This document shows, piece by piece, positions 12,689 to 24,465 of a stretch of DNA of 64,000 nucleotides (positions are counted from its first letter, which is position 1; each line of letters begins with the position of its first letter). Origin of the DNA: Octopus vulgaris. Its lineage: Eukaryota. The stretch is from contig OX597814.1 in the NCBI GenBank assembly GCA_951406725.2, positions 22,816,001 through 22,880,000 of the forward strand, written 5' to 3'. The position numbers and the translations under genes are program-made. The notes below the pieces were generated by a model that did not search any database, had not been told where the DNA came from, and saw nothing but the letters and a program-made list of their open reading frames with translations.

Positions 12689-13268
12689 AAACCAAATCAA
12701 ATCAGATATCAGAAAGCAGAACCCAAATCGAAGTCGATCAGCATCAATGGAAATTGTAGCTGTGATACCAGTGCCGGTGACAAGTAAGCGAACCGTCCGA
12801 TCGTGGCCGTTGCCAGCGCTGCCCCGACTGGCCTCCGTGCAGGTGGCACGTAAAAAGCACCATCCGTTCATAGCCGTTGCCAGCCTCGCCTGGCCCCCGT
12901 GCCGGTGGCACATAGCACCATCCATTCGTGGCCGTTGCCAGACTCGCCTGACTCCCGTGCCAGTGGCACGTAAAAAGCACCATCCGATTGTGGCCGTTGC
13001 TAGCCTTGCTTGGCCCCCATGCCGGTGGCACGTAAAAAGCACCATCCGTCCGTAGCCGTTTGCCAGCTCTGTCTGGCACCTGTGCGGGTGGCACGTAAAA
13101 AGCACCCACTACACTCACGGAGTGGTTGGCATTAGGAAGGGCATCCAGCCATAGAAACACTGCCAGATCAGACTGGGCCTGATGCAGCCTTATGGCTTCA
13201 CAGACCCCAGTTAAACCGTCCAACCCATGCTAGCATGGAAAGCGGACGCTAAATGATGATGATGATGA
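12687..13268 (+). mobile_element. SINE-like family C with internal ~62-bp hairpin minisatellite and (GAT)n tail
   Basis: AAATC-rich start, six GTGCCGGTGGCACGTAAAAAGCACC-type units, conserved 3' body ggttggcattaggaagggcatccagc...catgctagcatggaaagcggacg..aaatgatgat. Confidence 0.85.
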
Positions 13269-13294
13269 TATATATATAGATATACATGTATATG

Positions 13295-13349
<55 letters not shown>

Positions 13350-13354
<5 letters not shown>

Positions 13355-15620
13355 TCGGGGTGAGTACTTGATAATTATAAGCACCTGTGTATACCGTTTG
13401 GTGGTGTAGGTGGTGGAGTAAATTGGTCAAAATAAAAACATGATGCGAAGGATTCAGCGGTACATATGTTTCGGGCCTTTATTAGACAGATTTATAACAA
13501 TGCATAATGTATGTCTGTGGCCTTCTTCAGCCGCGCACAACAGCTTCCACAAGGACATGTGTTACATCAAAAATTCTTGGTTGGGGATGCAAATCCTCTC
13601 ATTCGCGTACGACATAATGCGGCAGCAGCATAGAATTGAAGCGTCCATCTCTTTCTTCTCTCAATGTAGAATGAGGAAATTTGGATGTTGAAGTAATGTA
13701 AATAAATAAATACATATATAGACGTGAAGATGGAGGGGCGAGAATTCAGGACGTGGGATAAAAAATGTATAAAAAGTGTAAGTATAGAAAAATATAAAAA
13801 TGTAGAGTATAAAGATATAAAGGGATATAAGGAGATGTCAAGGGGGTATAAAGAATATAAAGAAATATAAATAAATATAAATAAATGTAAAGGCATAAGG
13901 TTATAAAGTAAAAATAGAAATAGAAATAAAAGTAAAAAGTAAAAAAAAAGTAATAAAAAAATAAAAAAAGGAATAAACATGATAAAAATGTAAAAAAATA
14001 TAAAGATAAGGGATGTATAGAGGTTACGGACCAAACATGGTGGTCAGGAGATTGATAAAATTTAGTTGTAGAAGTTTTGGGTGTCAATAAATCAACAGTG
14101 TCGTCTGGGGACCTAATGTGTTGTAAATCAGAGCTGTTGAGCGTTTAATCTGGTTCTTTGAATTAATTGGTCATCTAGTACATACATACCATCATGGATA
14201 CATACACCCATATACACGCGTACATATACGCCTCCAAGCCTATAAGCATACACACGCACTCACGTGTAAACATGTACATAAACACACACACACCCACACG
14301 CACGCGCGTACATATACATACATACAACAGAATATCCGCATGTATACACGGACATTATACGTGTACACACCCATATGTACATACGTGCGCCCATCCTTAC
14401 ATACACATACGCATATGCCCACGCTTCCAGGTTTAGATATAAGATATTAAAGGATGTATATAAGAACGTATGTAAAGAATCACGCACTCACGTCTACACG
14501 TGCACGCACACACGGCTGTGTGTCCATATGTGCGTGCACATATACACTTACATACACACACAGAGACATACGCGCATATGGGTATAGCTATAAGATATTA
14601 AAAGATGTATACAAATAGGTGTAAACATATGAATATAAGAAAACATGTAAAAAAAAGAAATACGGGGTATGTACATCCAGACGTAGATGTTTACTCGTAC
14701 ATATGTACATATATGTATACGTATACATACGTACACGGACGCTCGTATAATCATAAAGTGGATCCATAGGTAAGTAAATAAGGGATAAGTAAAAAAATAG
14801 ACATATATAGAGATATAAAGCGATAACTTAGGGGTAAGAATGAGGGTAAGGGTAAAAATTAGAAATAAAATTAAAGTAAGAAATACAGTATAAAATAAGA
14901 ATAAGAAATGCAATGTAAAAGTTAGAAATGAAATATAAAAATTATAAAAATTATAAGAATTAAGATAAGGGATGAAAATAAAAATGAGAATAAATCGAAG
15001 TAGAATAAAAGTAAAAATAAAAGTAAAAATAAAAATAAAAATAAAATAAAATAAAATAAAAATATAATTTGGTAAAGTTTAACATGAGATGAAGGTGATT
15101 GAAAGTTAGAGGTGTGTGTTAAAGGTGCCCACGTAGGGGCGGGCGGGGGGAACTGAAAATTGGAAGGGTGGGAAAAAGAGTTTGGCGGTGTGCGTTCAAC
15201 ATCCGAGTTAGAAATGTGAAAGGGTATAGATATAGGGAAATAAAGAGACTATATAGGAAGGATATGGGTGTAGGAGAAGAAATATGTAGGGGAAAGAAGA
15301 CATATATGGGAGACAAAATTTGTATATATAGGAGGAAAATGCAGGGAAATATATATGCACATACACACACCCACACACCCACACACACACGCACATATAT
15401 ATATATATATACATATACGTACACATATGTGCACATACATATATATACGCACACATATACGCCTATACACGCACATATAGGAAAGCGGGATGTGCTGGAG
15501 CCGACAGGTTGCACCGGGTGGGAGGAGATTGCATGGGGGAGTTGGTATAATAACCTAAGCTTTGTAGTATTTGAAAGTATTAATAAGTTTGTGTATACAG
15601 GATGGTTTGAACTCTGACCT
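13350..15620 (-). mobile_element. Low-complexity ~2.3-kb element ending in an HHR and (TA)n; probable non-autonomous Penelope-like element
   Basis: HHR near its 3' end; CpG-containing unique islands separated by AT/CA-rich expansions; terminates at (TA)n. Boundaries approximate. Confidence 0.4.
13457..13534 (-). ncRNA. Type I hammerhead ribozyme motif, canonical core, long helix II
   Basis: Minus strand reads GCGG CTGAAGA aGGCC..AGACA..TGTCT..GGCCc GAAA CATATG TA CCGC. Helix III ACATATGT is palindromic; GUA site. Confidence 0.8.
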
Positions 15621-15635
15621 TTTGTTAATAAGATT

Positions 15636-15852
15636 GTGTTTGTATGTATGTGTATATTTCTGTGCCTGTGTTTGTCTGTCACCATTGCTTGACAACCAAT
15701 GTTGGTGTGCTTATGTCCTCATAACTTAGCAGTTTGGCAAAAGAGACTGATAGAATAAGTACTAAGCATACAAAGAATAAGTCCTAGGGTGAATTTGTTC
15801 GACTAAAACCCCTTAGGGTGGTGCTCCAGCAAGGCCGCAGTCAAATGACTGA
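15636..15852 (+). mobile_element. SINE family A, 3' half
   Basis: Matches 10620-10820. Confidence 0.8.
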
Positions 15853-15870
15853 AGGAAATTGGCAAAAAAT

Positions 15871-15904
<34 letters not shown>

Positions 15905-16295
15905 TACCCAATAACAGCAACCGAGGGTATTGTCAAGGAAGTTTCTTTCAATTGCATTGTTATACAAATACGTTAAGAAGTAGATATACAGTATAATGAA
16001 TACTACTTTGTTTGCAATGAAATGCACAGTAAGGTGGAAGTTATTGGATATAAAATAGTGCTTGCCAGCAGTTTTTTATTATTATACAAGAATTTTCAAA
16101 GGTACCATTAGCTTGGCTTTCTGTTATCTTAGATACCATTATCTTATAAGTTAGTTGCATATTTACTTCTGTGTATGTTATTGTGCGTGTGAGTGTGTTT
16201 AAATGTTTGTATTTGTGTTTGAGTCTTGATTGAGTACACTATTGAGAAACAGCGAACCATGCTGGATCCCTTTATGTTACAAATTTACTTAGCTA

Positions 16296-16512
16296 TGAGG
16301 GGTTGCTGAAAAGTTCCTGGCTTTAAGGGCATCGTGAAAAGTTTGGTTGGAGGCCCAGCCTTCTGAATTCTTTTAGAGGGCTTAGAAAAACTGAAGGAGC
16401 ACTGCAATATGTGTCTGAATCTGAGATGGGTATATGTTGAATAAAATCATAATTAACTAATCCTTCTGTATTTTCTTTTCCACAAAGCCAGGAACTTTCT
16501 AGTACCCCCTTG
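16296..16512. mobile_element. Mariner-derived MITE
   Basis: TIRs tgaggggttgctgaaaagttcctggcttt / aaagccaggaactttctagtacccccttg, preceded by TA; a related partial copy lies at 18331-18450. Confidence 0.75.
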
Positions 16513-16526
16513 TGTGTGTATATATA

Positions 16527-17818
16527 CGAGGGGCGTTCAATAAGTAATGCCCCTGACCCACCTCCCATAGCAGTAGAGCAACGAAACTTGGCACAGTTAT
16601 TAGACTTTTTCTACATAGGAAACACCCAGAGTTATGCATTTCTCCCATTGTTTGATGCAGCTCTGGTGACCGTTTTTGTAGAAGACCCCAGCTTGGTCCT
16701 CCAACCTGAACGTGACTTCAGAAATCAAGGCTGCATCATCTGGGAAAGGCTTTCCTTTCAAAAACAACTTCATGACTGGGAAGAGGTGAAAATCAGAGGG
16801 TTCAAGGTCAGGAAAGTAGGGGGGATGGGGGAGGAGTTCATAGCCATACGCCTATGCTTCTGATCTGGCGACAAGCGAGTTGTGGACCGGAGCGTTGTCC
16901 TGCAGGAGGAGGATGTCTTTGCTGATCTTGCCCCGCCTCTTGATTTTGATAACTTCTCTTAATTTCCTCAAAAGTGAAGCATAATAGGCTCCTGCAATTG
17001 TGGTATCCTTTGCCAGGAAATCTCTCATCACTACTCCGTCCTGGTCCCAGAAGACTGTGAGCATGACCTTGCCAGCAGAGGGCTGCACCCTTGCCTTCTT
17101 TGGAGGGGGTGAGTCACGGTGCTTCCACTGCATTGACTGGACTTTGGTCTCTGGATCATCGTGATGGACCCAGGTTTCATCCTGTGTAATCAGTCTTTTG
17201 AAAAATTTTGACTCATCTTCTTGGCACATCTCCAAATTCACCCTCGAGCACTCAACGCATTCTTGCTTCTGGAAAGGTATGAGCAACCTGGGAATCCATT
17301 TGGCAGACACCTTTTGCATATGCAAATGGTCATGAATGATAGTTTCCACAGACCCGGTACTAATCTTGACCTCATGGGCTATTTGGCGAATAATTATGCG
17401 TCGATCTTCCAAAATGGCAGCCTCAACTTGACGGACAGATGCCTCATCAATGGCAGAAGAGGGCGACCAGATCTGGGAGCTGTTTCCACAGAGTTCCGAC
17501 CATGTTTGAATTCACGATGCCAGCGTTTTACAAGGTCATATGATGGGGCATCATCACCATAAGTTACTTTCATTTCATCAAAAGTCTCCCGTGGTGTGCG
17601 TCCTTTCAAATACAAAAACCGGATCACTGCTCGACACTCAACAGGCTCCATTTCACACTTGACTTTGTTCAAACACCTGTAAATCAGAAACCACAATTAA
17701 TTCAGAGCTGTAATTTGCCACTTACTCTATAGAGATATAAATGATTGCACATGCAAAATTTCAGCTAGATCCAACAACTGCAAGTGGATCAGAGGCATTA
17801 CTTATTGAACGTCCCTCG
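16527..17818 (-). mobile_element. Near-full-length mariner transposon (1292 bp)
   Basis: TIRs CGAGGGGCGTTCAATAAGTAATGCC / GGCATTACTTATTGAACGTCCCTCG, TA on both flanks, transposase inside. Confidence 0.95.
16600..17651 (-). pseudogene. Mariner D,D34D-type transposase pseudogene (irritans/Himar-like)
   Basis: MEPVECRAVIRFL...WIPRLL...QDETW...SAGKVMLTVFWD...QDNAPVH...HPPYFPDLEPSDF. One frameshift near 17400-17460 and an in-frame TAG at 16852-16854. Confidence 0.92.
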
Positions 17819-17820
17819 TA

Positions 17821-18146
17821 TATATTATTAATAAATTCCAAGGTAGCAAAAAAAATTAAGAAAATTTCTTTGCTACCAGTGGTCTAGTGAGAAGGAAAAA
17901 ACTGGTCAATAGACTATATATTATTCATATAAAAATACAGTGTACATTTAAACACATAAGAGATGGCCATTTATTTGCTGAAGATAGCTTGAAACCATGG
18001 TATAGGAAATAGAGGGTAAATGTTTTTATTTTTCATTCCCTTTTGAAATTACCTCTAATAGTGGTTTGGAGTTAAACTACTCCTTCTAGCAGGTTAGATG
18101 TCCTGTTATGGCCATCTCTTATGTGTTTTAATGTACACTGTATTTA
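17821..18146 (+). mobile_element. HHR-bearing non-coding element, copy 2 (same family as 9113-9592)
   Basis: 17933-17970 is inverted at 18108-18145. Shares aaatacagtgtacatttaaacacat and the post-HHR tail with copy 1; ends at (TA)n. Confidence 0.6.
17969..18010 (+). ncRNA. Minimal type I hammerhead ribozyme motif
   Basis: atttatttg CTGAAGA(17978-84) tagctt GAAA CCATGG TA taggaaat. Palindromic helix III ACCATGGT; helix I is G-U rich; helix II is vestigial. Confidence 0.65.
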
Positions 18147-18151
18147 CATAC

Positions 18152-18241
<90 letters not shown>

Positions 18242-18248
18242 ATGTATG

Positions 18249-18284
<36 letters not shown>

Positions 18285-19480
18285 ATTCTTCAAACCAGGA
18301 ACTTTTCAGCACCACTTCATATATATATATATGAAGCGGTGCTGAAAAGTTCCTGGTTTGAAGAATATCAGGAAAAGCCTGGGCAAAGGCCCAAACTTCC
18401 AAGTTCTTTTACAGGGCTTAGAAAAACTGAAGGACCACTGCAATAAGTGCATAAATTTTATCAATTAATTTCTTTGTATAGATCCAACAGAAAGAATAAT
18501 AAATTATTAATATGAGTAATATACAATGGTGGATATTCAGCAATATTGTACCAAAGAAAATTATATTTAACCAATGAAAGTGTTGTCTGTGTGACCATTT
18601 GAAAAGCAAAAATAGCATTCAAATCTCCCTGCCTTAATTCCATCTTTAATGTCGTAGAAAAACAATATATTGGCTAAGGTAGTCTTGGTTATGTACAATA
18701 ACATGGTTACATCTGCATGTCTTTGATCAACCAGGGTTGACCTGGGCATAGAAACAGCAACTACAATAAAATATCTTTAAGACAATACTTCCATGTAAAG
18801 CAGGTAATAGTTTTCAACAGGTTGGCTAAATAATATTAATCAAAGATTACACCTCAACAAGTCTGATGTAATGTACTACAATATAACTTTCTTTCCATTA
18901 AATATAACACGTCAGAATATTAAATGAAAGCCAATATCCGAATAATAATAGACGGTGCATATTTGCAATTCCATAATGGGAATATATTCACAGTTATAAA
19001 CATTCATAGAATTCCAATACACTGTGTTTCATATATATTTAAAATATTTATACCAGATGAATTGAATTCAATTTCTAGTAAAGATAATGGCTACTAATAG
19101 TTCTATTTATTCTGGCTCTAAACTAATATAATTTACCCAAGATTTGAAGATTACATCATAGACACTGCAATGTATCGCTGTTTATTCAGAGAAAAAGAAT
19201 TAAAAGTGTATGTAGTGGGGTGGAGAAGTCTCGGCGTGTGTGGATAAGAGAGTAGAGAATGTGATTGATATGAGGAAAGGGATATAGAAAATAGAGAGAA
19301 CAGAAAGGGGGGGGGATAATGTAAGGAGTTACAACAGGCTGAGAGAAGGAGAAAGAGAAGGAGCAATTAATTAAGTTGAAAGAAAGAGGATTAGCAAGAT
19401 GTAAGAGGTGTAAAAGGGAGACAAGCAAATCAGTGATTAAGAATTCTCTCACTCATACACATACACACATACAAACATGA

Positions 19481-19523
<43 letters not shown>

Positions 19524-19685
19524 TGTCATTCTGTGTGTCGCACAGAAAGACATATGCATGCAAGCATATATACATACAGACAGATATACATATGCATACA
19601 ATACACACATATTCATCACAGGTGCATATGCACATACAGACATATATATACGTGTGTGTGTGTGTGTACATTGAAAGAAAGAGAG

Positions 19686-19724
<39 letters not shown>

Positions 19725-20376
19725 GACATGGGAAAGGAGAAAAGTAGAGGTTGTTGTGAAATATGCTAATTGAATTACTTGCACAATATTAAATACATTG
19801 GAATTAAAAGTAATTTACACTAGAAGTTTCTAACATTAATTGAACATTGATTAAATCATTTTCTTTGCAGCAACCCCTATGAACACTTTCTTCCTTGTAA
19901 CAACAACAACAACTACTACATCATAACATCTACAACAACAAATACAATGAATAACAACAACAACAACAACAACAACGACAACAACGACAACAACGACGAT
20001 GACGACAACAGCAACAACAACAATAAATTTTAATCAGCAAAATGGGTAAGCTGTGGTACTGAACGACTTTATAATGAATTTACATGATATTTTCGAAGTA
20101 GTAGTATAGTTGAGCAATGTTTATGTTATCCAATAGTAGAACGGAAGTTTCAGGATTATTTCAGCAATGTTATCTGTTGTATCTGATCCTAGTTACATTG
20201 AAATTATATTTATATAACATAAAGTATACTAGCCATCTCAATATGGCTAACCACTAAGGGTGGGTGTTACTGTAGCTTTTAGCTCCAGAAGATCATCGTC
20301 TCCAGCTGGCTTTAGGCACACTTTCTGTGTTCTTATGGTATTTGCAAAGGGAGGTCATCCCTCTCTCGCAAACCTA

Positions 20377-20437
20377 AGTGATACGCACGGACTGCAGTTT
20401 CGAGGTATTTGCCTCTTGTCAACGTACGGTAATCACC
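20377..20437 (-). ncRNA. Type I hammerhead ribozyme motif, U3:A8 core variant (left arm)
   Basis: Minus strand reads GTGAT tac CGTACG TTGACAA GAGG caaata CCTC GAAA CTGCAG TC CGTGCG t ATCAC. Confidence 0.75.
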
Positions 20438-20588
20438 GATTTACGATGAAAGGAAGACCTGTTTGCAAATACTTATGGGTTTTTCTTGTAACTTCCGTTA
20501 CTTGCAGACAGTTTTTCAAAATCAGTGGCGGAAGTTACTAGAAAAACCCATAAGTATTTGCAAACAGGTCTTCCTTTCATCGTAAACT

Positions 20589-20649
20589 GGTGATTACCAT
20601 ACGTTGACAAGAGGCAAATACCTCGAAACTGCAGTCCGTGCGTATCACT
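20589..20649 (+). ncRNA. Type I hammerhead ribozyme motif, U3:A8 core variant (right arm)
   Basis: Helix I CATACG/CGTGCG extended by GTGAT/ATCAC; core TTGACAA (20604-10); helix II GAGG/CCTC; GAAA (20625-28); palindromic helix III ACTGCAGT; GUC site (C20636). Confidence 0.75.
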
Positions 20650-21104
20650 TAGGTTTGCGAGAGAGGGATGACCTCCCTTTGCAAATACCATAAGGGCACA
20701 GAAAGTGTGCCTAAAGCCAGCTGGAGACGATGATCTCCTGGGGCTAAAAGCTTCAGTAACACCCACCCTGAGTGGTTAGCCATATTGAGATGGCTAGTAT
20801 ACTTCACGTTGTCAAGCAGTTACTGTTTACATCTCGTTCAGAGATTTATTATTGCTATATTTATATATTTTGCATTCAATTGGTGAACACTACATTCAGT
20901 GGTTACAGATTTCCAATGAGAAGATCACTGGTTCAGTGCATTTTTGATAGTGCAACTGACAGAGGTGTGTCTAAGAATCAGTGCAGAATAAATATCTCAT
21001 GGCTCTTCATTTGTACAATAATAATAAAAAAAAAACATTTTACAATCAAATATGCTTGTCAAAATCCTTTAGTGTCATAATTAAGTGTACTCTACATCAA
21101 ATTA

Positions 21105-22495
21105 TGGAAAAATTTTTGGGGAAAGTTTTCGGTGAAAATTTTCGAAAAATTTTAGGAGAAAAATTCGGTGAAAACTTTCGAAAAATTTTTGGGTAAAATT
21201 TTCGGTGAAAATTTTGGAAAAATTTTTGGGGAAAGTTTTCGGTGAAAATTTTCTAAAAATTTTTGGAGAAAATTTTCGGGTAAAATTTTCCAAAAAGTTT
21301 TGGGGAAAATTTTCGGTGAAAATTTTCAAAAAATTTTCGTGGAAAATTTTCGGTGAAAATTTTGGAAAAATTTTTGGGGAAAATTTTTCGTGAAAATTTT
21401 CGAAAAATTTTTGGGGAAACTTTTCGGTGAAAATATTCGAAAAATACTTCGAGAAAATTTTCGGTGAAAATATTCGAAAAATACTTCGTGAAAATTTTCG
21501 TTAAAATTTTGTTAAAATTTTTGTGAAAATTTTTGTTGGAAATTTTCGGTGAAAATTTACGAAAAATTTTTGGGGAAAATTTTCGTGGAAAATTTTCGGT
21601 GAAAAGTTTGGAAAAATTTTTGGGGAAAATTTTTGGTTAAAATTTACGGTGAAAATATTCGAAAAATATTTCGAGAAAATTTTCGCTGAAAAGTTTTGGA
21701 GAAATTTTCGAAAAATTATTGAGTAAAATTTTCGGTGACAATTTTCGAAAAATTTTTGGGGAAAATTTTCGGTGAAAATTTTCGAAAATTTTCTCCATAA
21801 ATTTTTCCAAAATTTTCAGCGAAAACTTTCCCCAAAACTTTTTCGAAAGTTTTCAGCGAAAATTTTCTCCAAAGATTTTTCCCAAAAAATACTTTGTGAT
21901 TTTTGGAAAATTATTGCCATACTTTGTGATTTTGGCACCGCTGGCTTTCCATACTTTGTGATTTCGGCACCGCTGGCCTTCCATACTTTGTGATTTTGGC
22001 CCCGCTGGTCTTCCATACTTTGTGATTTTGGCACCGCTGGCCATCCATACTTTTTACAAAATTTTCACCGAAAATTTTGCCCAAAAATTTTACCCAAAAT
22101 TTTTTGAAAATTTTCACCGAAAATTTTCTCGAAAAATTTTTCCAGTTTTTTCACCGAAAATTTTCCCCAAAAATTTTTCCAAAATGTTTTGAAAATTTTC
22201 ACCAAAAATTTTACCTGAAAATTTTTCGAAAATTTTCACTTTGTTATTTTGGTACCGTTGGCTTTCCATACTTCATGATTTTGGCACCGCTGGCCTTCCA
22301 TACTTTTTCCACTGAAAATTTTCCCAAAAACTTTTTCGAAAGTTTTCTCGAAAATTTTCACTGAAAATTTCACCAAAAAATTTTTCAAAAATTTTCACCG
22401 AAAACTTTCCCCAAAAATTTTTCGAAAATTTTACCCAACAATTTTCCCCAAAAAATTTTCCCAAAAAATACTTTGTGATTTTTCGAAAATTTTTG
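21105..22495. repeat. Composite satellite block 1 (37-bp and 32-bp units), orientation flips near 21790
   Basis: 37-bp unit GGTGAAAATTTTCGAAAAATTTTTGGGGAAAATTTTC on + up to ~21790, then on -, with 32-bp units on - at ~21890-22050 and ~22240-22305. Confidence 0.9.
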
Positions 22496-22503
22496 GTAGA
22501 TAC

Positions 22504-22565
<62 letters not shown>

Positions 22566-23035
22566 GCATGCATGCATATATGTATGTGTGTGGATGTATG
22601 TATGTATGTACGTATGTATGTATACGACGGACTTCTTTTAATTTCCTCTAGCAAATCCTTACAAAGATTTGGTCGGCCTGAGCGATCACTGAAGACACTT
22701 GCCGAAAGGGATGTTTTTAAAAAGAAATTATTTTAAAACTTAGATAAACCAAGAGCTAAACGTGGTTAGAAATTTTCAGGCTAACCTATCCTGCGATATG
22801 ATGATTGTTTTTCACACCACGTAGAATATAAAAGTAGTGTATAGTACTGATTGACAAGCCCATATGTCATGACTTTCAGCACTCTCTTAAACTATATGTA
22901 TGTTAATGTGTGTGTATGGTTGCATCTATAAATAATAAATAAATAACCATATAAAGCATATGAACGTGAACGTTTGTGAGTGTGTGTGTGTGCGTGTGAT
23001 ATTCTTGTGAAACGATAGCTGAAATAAATACTCAA

Positions 23036-24465
23036 AAAAAAATTTTTGGTAAAATTTACGAAAAATTTTTGGGGAAAATGTTCGGTGAAAATTTTCGAAA
23101 AATTTTTGTGGAAAATTTTCGGTGGAAATTTTCGAAAAATTTTTGTGGAAAACTTTCGGTGAAAGTTTTGGAAAAAGTATGGAAGGCCAGCGGTGCCAAA
23201 ATCACAAAGTATGGCAGGCCAGCGGTGCCAAAATCACAAAGTATGGCAGGCCAGCGGTGCCAATATCACAAAGTATGGAAAGCCAGCAGTGCCAAAATCA
23301 AAGTGAAAATTTTCGAAAGATTTTCGGCGAGAATTTTCGAAAAATTTTTGAGTAAAATTTTCGGTGACAATTTTCGAAAATTATTTGGGGAAAATTTTCG
23401 GTGAAAATTTTCAAAAATCTTTCGTTGAAAATTTTCGAAAAATTTTTGGGTAAAATTTTCGGTGAAAATTTTGGAAAAGTTTTTGGGGAAAATTTTCGAA
23501 AATATTTTCGGGTAAAATTTTCCCTGAAAATTTTCCAAATATTTCTGGGTAAAATTTTGGGTGAAAATTATGGAAAAATTTTTGGGGAAAGTTTTCGGTG
23601 AAAACTTACGAAAAATTTTTGGAGAAAATTTTCAGTGAAAATTTTCGAAAAATTTTTGGGTAAAATTTTCGGTGAAAATTATGGAAAAATTTTTGGGGAA
23701 AGTTTTCGGTGAAAATTTTCGAAGAAGTTTGGGGGAAAATTTTCGTGGAAAATTTTCGGTGAAAACTTTTGAAAAATCTTTGGGGAAAATTTTTGGTGCA
23801 AATTTTCGAAAAATTTTTGGGGAAACTTTTCGATGAAAATATTCGAAACATACTTCCAGAAAATTTTCGGTGAAAATATTCGAAAAAATATTTCCAGAAA
23901 ATTTTCGTTAAAATTTTGGAAAAATTTTTGGGGGAAATTTTCGAAATTTTTTGGGGGAAAATTTTCGGTGAAAGTTTTTGAAAAAGTATGGAAGGCCAGC
24001 GGTGCCAACATCACAAATTACGGAAGGCCACCGGTGCCAAAATCACAAAGTATGGAAGGCCAGCGGTGCCAAAATCACAAAGTATGGCAAAAATTTTCGA
24101 AAAATCAAAGTATTTTTTTGGAAAAATTTTTGGGGAAAATTTTCGAAAAAGTTTTGGGGAAACTTTTCGGTGAAAATTTTCGAAAAATTTCTGGAGAAAC
24201 TTTTCGTTGAAAATTTTTAAAAAATTATGGAAGGCCAGCGGTGCCAAAATGACAAATTATGGAAGGCCACCGGTGCCAAAATCACAAAGTATGGAAGGCC
24301 AGTGGTGCCAAAATCACAAAGTATGGAAAGCCAGCGGTGCCAAAATCACAAAGTGAAAATTTTCGAAAAATTTTTGATTAAAATTTTCGGTGACAATTTT
24401 CGAAAAATGTTTGGGGAAAATTTTTGGTGAAAATTTTCAAAAATTTTTCGTTGAAAATTTTTAAA
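23036..24465 (+). repeat. Composite satellite block 2
   Basis: 37-bp units interspersed with runs of the 32-bp unit GGAAGGCCAGCGGTGCCAAAATCACAAAGTAT (23176-23300, 23986-24090, 24228-24352). Confidence 0.9.

Larger units (their letters stand above)
20222..20804. mobile_element. ~580-bp near-perfect palindrome (276-bp arms, short spacer) carrying an HHR in each arm
   Basis: 20222-20497 is the reverse complement of 20529-20804, with about 10 mismatches counted by eye. Confidence 0.9.

Noticed and set aside
12771-13106. CRISPR-like array (hairpin repeat plus ~30-bp spacers)
   Set aside because: The spacers are homologous to each other, the array is internal to a dispersed eukaryotic retroposon, and there are no cas genes.
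20660-20710. Possible SECIS element (ATGA...AAA...GA) downstream of the HHR
   Set aside because: Helix pairing is poor, the other arm loses further pairs, and there is no upstream UGA-containing ORF.
20260-20766. Two nearly identical 93- and 97-aa ORFs on opposite strands
   Set aside because: They are mirror products of the palindrome, antisense to the HHRs, with non-ATG starts and no recognisable domain.
23176-24352. 32-bp repeats as CRISPR repeats
   Set aside because: Units are directly tandem with no unique spacers; this is satellite DNA.
21102-24430. Many overlapping K/F/E/N-rich ORFs
   Set aside because: They arise from stop-poor satellite units on both strands.
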